From the NCBI GenBank assembly GCA_050633265.1, contig JBOEGE010000005.1, positions 227,413 through 291,412 on the forward strand: a stretch of DNA of 64,000 bases, written 5' to 3'. The notes beneath the pieces are model-generated. The model was given only the letters and a program-made list of their open reading frames with translations, was not told where the DNA came from and did not search any database. The position numbers and the translations under genes are program-made. This DNA is from Paracoccaceae bacterium (GTDB lineage: Bacteria; Pseudomonadota; Alphaproteobacteria; Rhodobacterales; Rhodobacteraceae). Every line of letters starts with the position of its first letter. The stretch's first letter is position 1. Below, piece by piece: positions 29,442 to 37,941 of the stretch.

Positions 29442-30890
29442 CTAAGCGCGCCAGAATTTCACCGTCAGAATTGCATAAACCGCCATCAGCTCAAGCCGCC
29501 CGATCAGCATCCCCGCCGCCAACAGCCACTTGGCCGTATCATTCAGCGGCGCGAAATTGCCCGCCGGCCCAATGGTATCGCCAAGCCCGGGGCCCACATT
29601 GGCCAATGCCGTTGCCGCGCCCGAAATCGAGGTGATGAAATCAAGCCCGGTCGCCGAAAGCAACACCGCCAAAACCCCAATCGAGACAATAAACATCACG
29701 AAAAACGCCATCACCGAAGACAGAACCTCATCGCTCACCGGCCGCCCATCATAGCGCGGCGTGAACATCCCGTGCGGCGAGTGGATCTTGCGGATCTGCG
29801 CGCGGATGGAGGAAAACAAAAGCTGATAGCGAAAGATTTTCACCGAACAACAGGTCGAGCCCGCACAGCCCCCCACAAGCCCCAAAAAGAAGAACATAAC
29901 GACAGGGAAAGGCCCCCAAAGCTGATAATCAACCGAAGCATATCCCGTCCCTGTGATGATCGAGGTTACGTTAAACGCCGCCTCGCGAAACGAGTGCTCC
30001 ATGTGATCATTATTCGCCACGATCCGATAAATCGTCAGCACGAGGATCAGCACAACATTCACGATCAAATAGACCCGCACCTGGCTGTCGCGCAGGATCG
30101 GCTTGGCATTGCCTGCAAGCATCTGCACATAGCGCACGAAGGGCAAAGAGGCGAGAATCATAAAGACCGCCGCGACATATTCCGCCGGCCCCTGAAACGC
30201 CCCGAAAGAGGCATCATGGGTTGAAAAACCGCCCGTCGACATGGTGGTGAGCGCGTGATTAAGCGCCTCCCAACCATTGAGCCCAACAAGCATATAGGCG
30301 ACCATACAGGCCAGTGTCAGAGAGAGATAAATCACCGAAATGCGGCTGGCGATCTGGGCGGCGCGGGGCAGAACTTTCCCATCAGTATCAAAGGCTTCGG
30401 TGCGGAAAATCTGCATCCCACCAACCCGCAGCTCGGGCAGAAAGACCATCGCCACAACAATAATCCCGACCCCGCCAAACCACTGCAACATCGAGCGCCA
30501 AAGCAACAAGCCGCGCGGCATCTCATCAAGGCCTGCAAACACCGTCGAGCCCGTTGTCGTCATCCCTGACATCGCCTCGAAAAACGCATCCACCACCCGC
30601 GCTTCTGTCGCGCCAAAAACAAAGGGAATGGCGGCAAAAACCGGCAACATCAGCCAAACACCCGTTGTGAGCAGGAAGGTTTGCTGCAACGAAAGCCGGT
30701 CTGAGACACCGTTTGAACAGGCCAGCGCAGTAAAGCCGCCCACAACAATCGTCAGCACACCGGATTCAAAAAACACCGTCCAATGGGCCGCGCCATCGAA
30801 CAGATCAACAAACATAGGGATCGCCATCGTCGCGCCCAAGGCAGCCACAAGCAGACCGATCACATATCCAACGGGGCGCAGATCAAACAT
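29442..30890 (-). CDS. trkH: TrkH-family potassium uptake protein
   Basis: 482-aa polytopic membrane protein with repeated MTTTG/STGGFS/ITGTGY/ANVGPGLG selectivity-filter-like loops. Confidence 0.9.
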   Translation of the reverse strand: MFDLRPVGYVIGLLVAALGATMAIPMFVDLFDGAAHWTVFFESGVLTIVVGGFTALACSNGVSDRLSLQQTFLLTTGVWLMLPVFAAIPFVFGATEARVVDAFFEAMSGMTTTGSTVFAGLDEMPRGLLLWRSMLQWFGGVGIIVVAMVFLPELRVGGMQIFRTEAFDTDGKVLPRAAQIASRISVIYLSLTLACMVAYMLVGLNGWEALNHALTTMSTGGFSTHDASFGAFQGPAEYVAAVFMILASLPFVRYVQMLAGNAKPILRDSQVRVYLIVNVVLILVLTIYRIVANNDHMEHSFREAAFNVTSIITGTGYASVDYQLWGPFPVVMFFFLGLVGGCAGSTCCSVKIFRYQLLFSSIRAQIRKIHSPHGMFTPRYDGRPVSDEVLSSVMAFFVMFIVSIGVLAVLLSATGLDFITSISGAATALANVGPGLGDTIGPAGNFAPLNDTAKWLLAAGMLIGRLELMAVYAILTVKFWRA

Positions 30891-31040
30891 GGCCGCAAGG
30901 CTTGGCCCTGCCCGCGCGCGCTGTCAAGCATGGGGCGCTTTGCGGATCATTCAACAGGGGCAACAGGCGCAAATTGGCAACGTGAACAGGCGCAACCCAC
31001 AGCAGCCCTGCGAACCCGCGCTGCAAGAACCGCCGCCGAA

Positions 31041-32144
31041 CTAACCGATGTGAAACAGCGTGTTAAACAGTTTGGGATCAAGGCTCTCTGCGGCAAAGGT
31101 TTCGCCCTCAACCAAAACAGAAACGGCATCATGGCTGTGCAGGCTTTCTTGATGGCTCGCAATGATGCGAAAATCGCCGATGCGCCCATCGTTTTGCAAA
31201 GCTTCGCAGAAAAGCCGCGCCGCATCCTCAACAAAAATCGGGTTGGCCGCATTGAGCTCGGCAAAGGCCTGCTCGTCTTCGCGTTTGACCATCACTTGCG
31301 TCTCCGTTGGAACGGCCGCGCGGCAGAAATCGATCAAATCCTCAAACCAAAGACAGGGCTGATCGGCCGATAATTCAACCGAAATCCGCGCCACAGAGCG
31401 CTGCGAATGAGGCGTTGCCATTTGCCCGCGGGTTTGGCGCGCATGTTCGGAAAGTTCAAGCGAACAAGGGCAAGTGGAGCTATAAACATAGTCCAAATGT
31501 ATGATTTTTTTAATTTTGCCCGCCACCTCGACCAGCTCAAGCGCGATGTCATAATACTGATACCCCTGCAAACCAGAGCGCAATGACGCGACTTTCATCG
31601 GGAAGCTAAAGCGCATCTGAATCCGGGCATCAAAGCTCTCAAGATCCGAGATATAATCCTCAAGCGCCGCTTCGATCACCTCAAACGAAAACACCCGTTC
31701 GGCATGTTTATAGAATGAGCGCATGATGCGGCTCATGTTGATGCCCTTTTTGCCCGCTTCAAGCGAAACGGTCCCCGTGACCGAGGTCTCAAGCGACAGG
31801 TCGCCGCCATCGCGGGTGCGAAAGCGGATTGGCAGGCGGAAATTGGAAATCCCGACATGTTGGATATGGCGCTTGGCCCCTTTGATCAGGCTCTCGGGGC
31901 CGTTTTGCAGATCAGGAAGCGTGGCGCGGTAAGCTTCATCAACTTCGAATTCTTCTGGGTAAGCCCTTGCAAGCGCTGGATAATTTGGCAAAGGAGCATC
32001 GGGCAAAAGCCGCGCAAGGTTTGGCTCAAGCGCGGCCAGCTCACTTGGCGGAACATGCGCCGCCCATGCGCGCAAAATCTCTAGCGCGCGCGCCGCCTCA
32101 TCACGATCTGGGATCGCGCCGTTTTCTGGCGTATGTACGTTCAT
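31041..32144 (-). CDS. folE2: GTP cyclohydrolase FolE2 (type IB)
   Basis: GINMSRIMRSFY, YSSTCPCS and HQESLHSHDA, with the long N-terminal extension I recall for alphaproteobacterial versions. Confidence 0.85.
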   Translation of the reverse strand: MNVHTPENGAIPDRDEAARALEILRAWAAHVPPSELAALEPNLARLLPDAPLPNYPALARAYPEEFEVDEAYRATLPDLQNGPESLIKGAKRHIQHVGISNFRLPIRFRTRDGGDLSLETSVTGTVSLEAGKKGINMSRIMRSFYKHAERVFSFEVIEAALEDYISDLESFDARIQMRFSFPMKVASLRSGLQGYQYYDIALELVEVAGKIKKIIHLDYVYSSTCPCSLELSEHARQTRGQMATPHSQRSVARISVELSADQPCLWFEDLIDFCRAAVPTETQVMVKREDEQAFAELNAANPIFVEDAARLFCEALQNDGRIGDFRIIASHQESLHSHDAVSVLVEGETFAAESLDPKLFNTLFHIG

Positions 32145-32230
32145 GATAACCCCCGCTGCGCGTTGCAGTGCTAATGTAAGCGATCACGGCCCATTATCCA
32201 AGGTTAGCACCAAGCCGCCCATCACAGCGC

Positions 32231-32272
32231 ATAAAAACGCCCGCAACCAAGGCGGCGCGGGCGCTTTTATTT
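32231..32272 (-). terminator. bidirectional-looking intrinsic terminator after metZ
   Basis: CGCCCGC-N12-GCGGGCG, with an A-run on the left (a U-run on the minus strand) and a T-run on the right. Confidence 0.65.
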
Positions 32273-32288
32273 TGCAAAATCAAAGCCC

Positions 32289-33470
32289 CTAGAGCTGATC
32301 GAGCGCTTGCAAAAGATCGGCAATCAAATCGCTTGGATCTTCAAGCCCGGCAGAGAGCCGCACCAAGCCCGGCGTGATTCCAACGATCGCTTTTTGATCC
32401 TCGGGAAGGCGCTGATGGGTCGTGGTTGCGGGATGGGTGACGATGGATTTTGCATCGGCAAAGTTGTTGGAAATGGTGAAAACCTTCAATGCATTCAACA
32501 TCTTAAAGCATGCTTCTTTGCCGCCCTTTACGTCAAAAGCAAGCACAGTCCCGCCCGAGGAGGATTGCGCCATGGCCACGCTATGTTGGGGATGGCTTGG
32601 CAGCTGCGGATAGCGCACCGCATTGAGCGCAGGATGCTCTTCAAGCGCCTCGGCAATCGCGAGGGCAGTGCGGGCCTGTTCGCGCACGCGCAGGTCCATC
32701 GTCTCAAGCGCTTTGAGCTGAACCCAAGCGGTAAACGGGCTCATCGCGCCGCCGGTGTGCTTCATATAGGCCTCAATCGGGCCGCGGATCAGATCGCGCG
32801 ATCCGGTGATCAGCCCGCCAAGGCAGCGCCCCTGCCCATCCACATGTTTGGTCGTTGAGACGATGGAAATATCCGCGCCGCAGGCCTTTGCATAAGAGAA
32901 AATCGGCGTGGCCATCGCATCATCCACAAGCACCAAAGCGCCATTGGCATGGGCCACTTCGCAGACATGGCGCAGATCAATCACTTCGACGGTTGGATTG
33001 GAGATGCTCTCAAGGAAAACAAGCCGCGTATCAGGGCGAATGGCCGCCTCCCAAGCGGCATTATCCGTCCCGTCAACCAGCGTCAGCTCAACCCCAAAGC
33101 GGCAAAGCACCTCTTCAAGCACATAGAGACAAGAGCCAAACAGCGCGCGCGAGGCCACGACATGATCGCCCGCCTTCAGCAGCGCCATCAGCGCGCCATT
33201 GACCGCCGCCATACCAGAGGCGCAAGCAAACGCATCCTCATAGCCAAGCAACCCAGCAAGGCGATCCTCAAACATCCGCGTGGTTGGATTGCCATAACGC
33301 GCATAGATAAACTCATCCGCGCCAAGCTCTACAAAGCGGGCCTCGGCCGCTTCGGCCGTTTCATATACAAAGCCCTGCGTGAGAAATATCGCCTCGGAAA
33401 CTTCGCCATATTGGCTGCGCCGCGTGCCCTCATGCACCAATTTCGTGCGTGTATTCCAATCCTTGCTCAT
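32289..33470 (-). CDS. metZ: O-succinylhomoserine sulfhydrylase (Cys/Met PLP-dependent family)
   Basis: RTKLVHEG, a full-length trans-sulfuration family pattern, and a PLP-lysine context of STTKHVDGQGR. Confidence 0.88.
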   Translation of the reverse strand: MSKDWNTRTKLVHEGTRRSQYGEVSEAIFLTQGFVYETAEAAEARFVELGADEFIYARYGNPTTRMFEDRLAGLLGYEDAFACASGMAAVNGALMALLKAGDHVVASRALFGSCLYVLEEVLCRFGVELTLVDGTDNAAWEAAIRPDTRLVFLESISNPTVEVIDLRHVCEVAHANGALVLVDDAMATPIFSYAKACGADISIVSTTKHVDGQGRCLGGLITGSRDLIRGPIEAYMKHTGGAMSPFTAWVQLKALETMDLRVREQARTALAIAEALEEHPALNAVRYPQLPSHPQHSVAMAQSSSGGTVLAFDVKGGKEACFKMLNALKVFTISNNFADAKSIVTHPATTTHQRLPEDQKAIVGITPGLVRLSAGLEDPSDLIADLLQALDQL

Positions 33471-33490
33471 CCGGCAACCCTTTCATTGGC

Positions 33491-33540
33491 CAAACAAAAA
33501 CCCCCACCTCAATCAAGAGCCGGGGGTGCGCGTGGGGGCA
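33491..33540 (-). terminator. leader terminator/attenuator directly upstream of the metZ RBS
   Basis: The minus-strand RNA is CCCCCACGCGCACCCCCGGCUCUUGAUUGAGGUGGGGGUUUUUGUUU. Two C-runs compete for one G-run, and a U-tract ends ~20 nt before the ATG. Confidence 0.6.
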
Positions 33541-33625
33541 TCCCTGACCTCTTTAGCGGTTTATTTAACGTGGCCCGCAATCCGGTGAACAAAGCGCCAC
33601 AATATCGAAGCGATACCGTGCAGGC
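33541..33625 (-). promoter_or_regulatory. candidate SAM-responsive riboswitch aptamer (SAM-II/metA-motif-like), unverified
   Basis: The minus-strand RNA GUGGCGCUUUGUUCACCGGAUUGCGGGCCACGUUAAAUAAACCGCUAAAGAGG has a GUGGC/GCCAC stem, and a GCGG in the loop can pair with the downstream CCGC (pseudoknot-like). The A-rich ..GCUAAAG tail resembles what I remember of SAM-II. Confidence 0.35.
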
Positions 33626-33721
33626 GCGCGCGCGTCAATAACCGTCACGTCTGCGTAACCGTTCCTTCATCGCTTTGTCGTATGTTGGCACTATCGAGGG
33701 GCTACAAGATGTAGTGGGAGC

Positions 33722-34660
33722 ATGGGGATGCCACTGATTAAGATCAATGCACGCGCGGCAAAAATCGCCCTTGATGGCGCCTGTCTGCTGCGGGCGCAGG
33801 CGGCGCTGAAACCGGGCGAACCGATTGTCATCCTGATCCACGGCTATAAGTTTTCGCCCTTCCATGCCCGCGCCAAAAACTCCCCCCATGATCATATCCT
33901 TTCCCTCGCCCCAAAAGCAAAAGGGCGGCGCGCCATCTCTTGGCCGCGCCATTTGGGCTTTGGGCGGGGCAAAACGGATGAAGGCCTGTGCATCGCCTTT
34001 GGTTGGCATGCCCAAGGCGCGCTCTGGCAGGCCCGGCGTGAAGCCGCTTTTGCCGCGCGCGCATTGGCCGGGCTGATTGATCGCCTCGGCGCGCGCAATC
34101 CAATCCATATCATGGCCCATTCGCTTGGCGCGCGCGTCGCACTCAAGGCCCTGCCCGCGCTGACAAGCGGCAAGGTCGCGCGGATTATCCTGATGGCGCC
34201 TGCCGCCTTTCAATCCGAAGCCCATGCTGCCCTAAAGGCCCCACAAGCCCGGCGCGTTGAAATCCTCAACGTGGCCAGCCGCGAAAACGATCTCTTTGAC
34301 GCAGCCTTTGAAGCCCTGATCAAACCGCAAGATCGCAGCGATCGCGCCCTTGGCTCTGGGCTTGGCCATAGGGATCAGCGCTGGCTCGACATCCAGATCG
34401 ACAACCCGCAAACCCTTGATCGCTTGGCCGCTATGGGCTTTCGCATCGCCCCGCCGGGAAGGCGCATCTGCCATTGGTCCTCTTATCTGCGCCCCGGGCT
34501 TTTCGCCTTTTACGCCGCTTTCCTGCGCCAGCCAGAACGCCTGCCACTGGCAACGCTCGCCATGCACCTGCCCCGCCACCACGCTGCGCGCTGGTCTCGG
34601 CTTATCGCGCGGCCGCGGCTGGGTCTCTCCTTGCTGTTTGCCAAAAAACAGTCATTCTAA
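33722..34660 (+). CDS. alpha/beta hydrolase (DUF900-like)
   Basis: VILIHGYKFSP and the nucleophile elbow IMAHSLGARV (G/A-x-S-x-G). Confidence 0.65.
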   Translation: MGMPLIKINARAAKIALDGACLLRAQAALKPGEPIVILIHGYKFSPFHARAKNSPHDHILSLAPKAKGRRAISWPRHLGFGRGKTDEGLCIAFGWHAQGALWQARREAAFAARALAGLIDRLGARNPIHIMAHSLGARVALKALPALTSGKVARIILMAPAAFQSEAHAALKAPQARRVEILNVASRENDLFDAAFEALIKPQDRSDRALGSGLGHRDQRWLDIQIDNPQTLDRLAAMGFRIAPPGRRICHWSSYLRPGLFAFYAAFLRQPERLPLATLAMHLPRHHAARWSRLIARPRLGLSLLFAKKQSF

Positions 34661-34680
34661 GCGCCCAACAGGAGGCGCTT

Positions 34681-35388
34681 ATGACCGATCCAATCGACCT
34701 TTATTACTGGCCAACCCCGAACGGGTGGAAAATCTCAATTGCTCTCGAAGAAATGGGCCTGCCCTATAATCTTCACCTGATCAATATCGGCGCAGGCGAA
34801 CAATTCGCGCCCGATTTCCTCAAAATCGCCCCCAACAACCGCATGCCCGCAATCATTGATCCCGATGGCCCCGATGGCGCGCCGATCTCGATCTTTGAAA
34901 GCGGCGCGATCCTGCAATATCTGGCGCGCAAAACCGGCAAATTCTGCGGGCCAAGCCAGCGCGATCGCATCAACGTGGATCAATGGTTGATGTGGCAAAT
35001 GGGCGGGCTTGGGCCGATGGCGGGCCAAGCGCATCACTTCTTGAAATATGCCCCTGCCATGGATCCGCCCCACGATCTGCCCTACGCCAAAGATCGCTAT
35101 CGCAATGAAACGGCGCGGCTTTACGGGGTCTTGGATCGCCAACTGGCGCAGAATGAATATGTCGCCGGGGATTTCTATTCCATTGCCGATATGGCGATCT
35201 GGCCCTGGGCGCATATCTGGAAGAACCAAGAGCAAACCCTTGATGACAAACCGCATTTAGCCCGCTGGATTGATCTGATCGCCGCCCGCCCGGCTGTTCA
35301 AAAGGGGCGCGAACTGGCCGCCGACAAACGCAGCAACCTGCAAGACAACAAAAAAGCGCAGGACATCCTGTTTAAGCGCAAATCTTAA
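34681..35388 (+). CDS. glutathione S-transferase, YfcG/YghU-like (Nu class)
   Basis: MTDPIDLYYWPTPNGWKISIALEEMGLPY and ESGAILQYLA. ATG 34681 was chosen within the longer ORF. Confidence 0.85.
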   Translation: MTDPIDLYYWPTPNGWKISIALEEMGLPYNLHLINIGAGEQFAPDFLKIAPNNRMPAIIDPDGPDGAPISIFESGAILQYLARKTGKFCGPSQRDRINVDQWLMWQMGGLGPMAGQAHHFLKYAPAMDPPHDLPYAKDRYRNETARLYGVLDRQLAQNEYVAGDFYSIADMAIWPWAHIWKNQEQTLDDKPHLARWIDLIAARPAVQKGRELAADKRSNLQDNKKAQDILFKRKS

Positions 35389-35397
35389 CGCAATTCC

Positions 35398-35987
35398 CTA
35401 AGGGCGGGCGTTTTCATAATGCGCCCGCCGTTTGGGGCTGCGGATCCAAAGCTGATGCAAAATAACCAATGCATGAGCAAGCTTCAGCCCGAACACAGCC
35501 CAAAGAATGCGTGCCAAAACCCAAAGCCCCTGATTGCCCCGCGCAATAAGCGCCTCGGACAAAACAAAGCAGCTCAGATAATAAAACGCCATGATCAACC
35601 CGGCCGCGCCAACCGCCATATGCAAGCCGCGCCAAGGCCACTGAATATAGGTTCTCAGCATATCGCGGTGAAACAGCCCATAAGCATAGACCATCGCGTA
35701 AACCGCTGAAGAAATTGAGAAATACCGCGCCGCCAGAACATCCGAATTGATGTAAAGAACCGCCGCGACCGAAATCAGCATCAAGCCCCATGTGCTCGCC
35801 AAAACCGCATCGCGCGCAATCGTTGGCAGGCTCAGAACCATGCCTTTCACGCTGCAAAAATTCACCGCAAACATAAACGGAACATACATCGCCGTGGCAA
35901 TCACCAGCGGCGAGATACCATCCGAAGAGGCTTTGCCAAGCTCTGTTTGTGCACCCAAATAGATGCAGGCAATGGGGGGGATCGGAA
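35398..35987 (-). pseudogene. polytopic membrane protein gene, probably 5'-truncated by the prophage insertion
   Basis: The ORF 35398..36174 looks like real TM protein only left of ~35990. The upstream 60 codons are Cys/Arg/Phe-rich junk overlapping the repressor gene, with no plausible start. Confidence 0.4.
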
Positions 35988-36164
35988 TGAATTGGAATGG
36001 TGAGCACGTTCTAAATTGGAATGCATGAAAGGGCTCATCTCTGAAAGGCCTTTGTTTATGGGCGATCCGACAAACGCGGGCAAAATTGGCCGATTGGCAA
36101 GAGCGGCACGTTTTATTTTGGAATAGAGCCGCTCGATGCCGCATCTCACCAAACGCGGCATCAA

Positions 36165-36818
36165 CTATGGCCACTCATGCATCGATGCGACCACTCGCCC
36201 GATGATCTCAAAATTGGCCTCATCCAATGGGAGATCGAGCTCGCGCGGTGGGTAAACCTTATTAGCGCTGATCAATGAGATGCTATCTTTGCCCGTCCTT
36301 TGGACGTGCTTGACCACCAGCTCATCCCATATCCGCACCACGTATGTGCTGCCATCGGATGGCATTGCCTGGGCGCGATCCACCAAAATCAGATCACCAT
36401 CGATCAGCTTGGGCTCCATACTGTCACCCTTGACCCGCACGATGTGGAGCATCTTGGGATCAAGGCCCTTGCCTTTGATCCAGCTCTCTTGAAACGCATA
36501 GTGCGTGATCTCCAAGGGATCAGAGACGAAAGAGCCGCCATTACCAGCACTTGCGGAAACAGTATATTTCGGCACCGTCACAAATGATGGCGAGCTCGCC
36601 GTGCTGGTTTCGGAACCAATCCCAGCCTCAAAGAGCTCATTGAGGTCCACTCCGTAAACAGTCCTCAGCGCCCCCAAGACTTCGTGATCGGCGCGCTGCT
36701 TTCCCGTTTCGATGTGTCGAATTTTGTCAGGCGACACGCCAAGCGGCTCGGCAAATGCTTCGCGAGATAGACCCATATTGCGTCTAATCTGGGAAATATT
36801 ATCATTAAATTCAGCCAT
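36165..36818 (-). CDS. phage repressor, XRE HTH + S24 (LexA/CI-like) peptidase domain
   Basis: IRRNMGLSREAFAEPLGVSPDKIRHIETGK, then VKGDSMEPKLIDGDLILVD with a downstream K in VVKHV. The gene faces outward next to the element end, as in Mu. Confidence 0.85.
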   Translation of the reverse strand: MAEFNDNISQIRRNMGLSREAFAEPLGVSPDKIRHIETGKQRADHEVLGALRTVYGVDLNELFEAGIGSETSTASSPSFVTVPKYTVSASAGNGGSFVSDPLEITHYAFQESWIKGKGLDPKMLHIVRVKGDSMEPKLIDGDLILVDRAQAMPSDGSTYVVRIWDELVVKHVQRTGKDSISLISANKVYPPRELDLPLDEANFEIIGRVVASMHEWP

Positions 36819-36827
36819 TTACAGATT

Positions 36828-36882
36828 TATTGTCCATATTGGTCAATACCCCCCTTGCTTAGAGTGTAACTATTGGTCATAT
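36828..36882. promoter_or_regulatory. candidate operators in the divergent repressor/early promoter region
   Basis: TATTGTCCA (36828), TATTGGTCA (36838) and TATTGGTCA (36871). The last two are 33 bp apart. Confidence 0.4.
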
Positions 36883-36913
36883 TCTGGCTCATGCCACCAC
36901 GGCACATCGAGAC

Positions 36914-37204
36914 ATGAGGCAACATATGACACTTTCTGACAACATCTTCCAGCCTGGAGTGATCCTGCACGAGGTTATCGCTGGCGCTTTCAAGGCAAGC
37001 GGGTCCAGTTTCGACGCATGGTGCGTCGAGAATAACGTGAACCGCACCACCGCTCGCCAAGCGACCTACGGCCAATCTGGCGGTGATCGCGGCAAAGAGC
37101 TCCTTTCCCGCATGATCAATGATGCGGGCCGTGAGGTGGTATCGATCAGCTACCGCGCCCGCATCGATGCTGAGGCTAAGCGCTGCAATGAGGCGGCGGC
37201 ATGA
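36914..37204 (+). CDS. Ner/Cro-like small DNA-binding protein (candidate lytic-switch regulator)
   Basis: First gene of the rightward operon, at the Mu ner position. FDAWCVENNVNRTTARQATYG looks HTH-like. Confidence 0.45.
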   Translation: MRQHMTLSDNIFQPGVILHEVIAGAFKASGSSFDAWCVENNVNRTTARQATYGQSGGDRGKELLSRMINDAGREVVSISYRARIDAEAKRCNEAAA

Positions 37205-37425
37205 GCTTGATTACAAACATCAAGCGCGCCGAGTGCGCCCAACGTGCCGCCGCTGAGGAGGCCCTCCAGGGCCTCTCAGATAAGGACAAGGCCAACTTTG
37301 CGTTGTCCCTGTTGATGAAAATCACAGACCCAGACGCGGCGGCGGTGGTGCGCTTTGCGGGCAGTCAGCTCGCCGAGCTCGCCAATATCCTGATGCGCGA
37401 AGCCTTTGAGCGGGAGTGCGGATAA
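37201..37425 (+). CDS. hypothetical phage protein
   Basis: 74-aa ORF with 4-nt overlaps on both sides (translational coupling). Confidence 0.5.
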   Translation: MSLITNIKRAECAQRAAAEEALQGLSDKDKANFALSLLMKITDPDAAAVVRFAGSQLAELANILMREAFERECG

Positions 37426-37691
37426 TGAGCCACGTTCCTGAGCACATCCAAAACGCCGCCTTTGAGGGTCATATGGCTACGGTCGAGACCCTCAAGGCAT
37501 CCCTGGGCCGCGCGCCTACCCATGAGGAAACGCTCCTCGCGCTGGCTGAGGCCTTTGGCGACATGATGGGCATCTATGCCGGATCAGGCGCTCAGCCCCA
37601 CCAGATCGATGCCGTGAACCGGATCGCCCAGCGAGCCTATACCACCATGCTCTCCAAGATCATGGCGCATGATTGCGAGGGCTCGGCATGA
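37425..37691 (+). CDS. hypothetical phage protein
   Basis: ATG 37425 overlaps the previous stop (TAATG). Confidence 0.5.
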   Translation: MSHVPEHIQNAAFEGHMATVETLKASLGRAPTHEETLLALAEAFGDMMGIYAGSGAQPHQIDAVNRIAQRAYTTMLSKIMAHDCEGSA

Positions 37692-37936
37692 CCGCCGTTA
37701 TTGAGGTTGAACGCTTTGGCGCGCTCGCGGTCGTCACCAGGGATGGTGTCGAGGTCTGGGGTCCTGGGCCAATCGCCCAGGCTGAGAACAAGCGAGACAC
37801 GCTGGAGCGCCAGGCGCGCCGAAAGCGCCGCCAGTGCATGACATGCAGTGACCAATTCATGAGCGAGGGAGCGCACCACAGAATGTGCGCCAAGTGCCGC
37901 TCAGGGGCGAGCGCCATCTTTGATGGTGCGGTGTAA
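37688..37936 (+). CDS. small zinc-ribbon protein
   Basis: ATG 37688 overlaps the previous stop. Contains CMTCSDQF...HHRMCAKC (CxxC...CxxC). Confidence 0.5.
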   Translation: MTAVIEVERFGALAVVTRDGVEVWGPGPIAQAENKRDTLERQARRKRRQCMTCSDQFMSEGAHHRMCAKCRSGASAIFDGAV

Positions 37937-37941
37937 AGACG

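Noticed and set aside
33635-34225. 196-aa minus-strand ORF
   Set aside because: It overlaps the plus-strand alpha/beta hydrolase, which has a proper nucleophile elbow, and its own translation shows no motifs.
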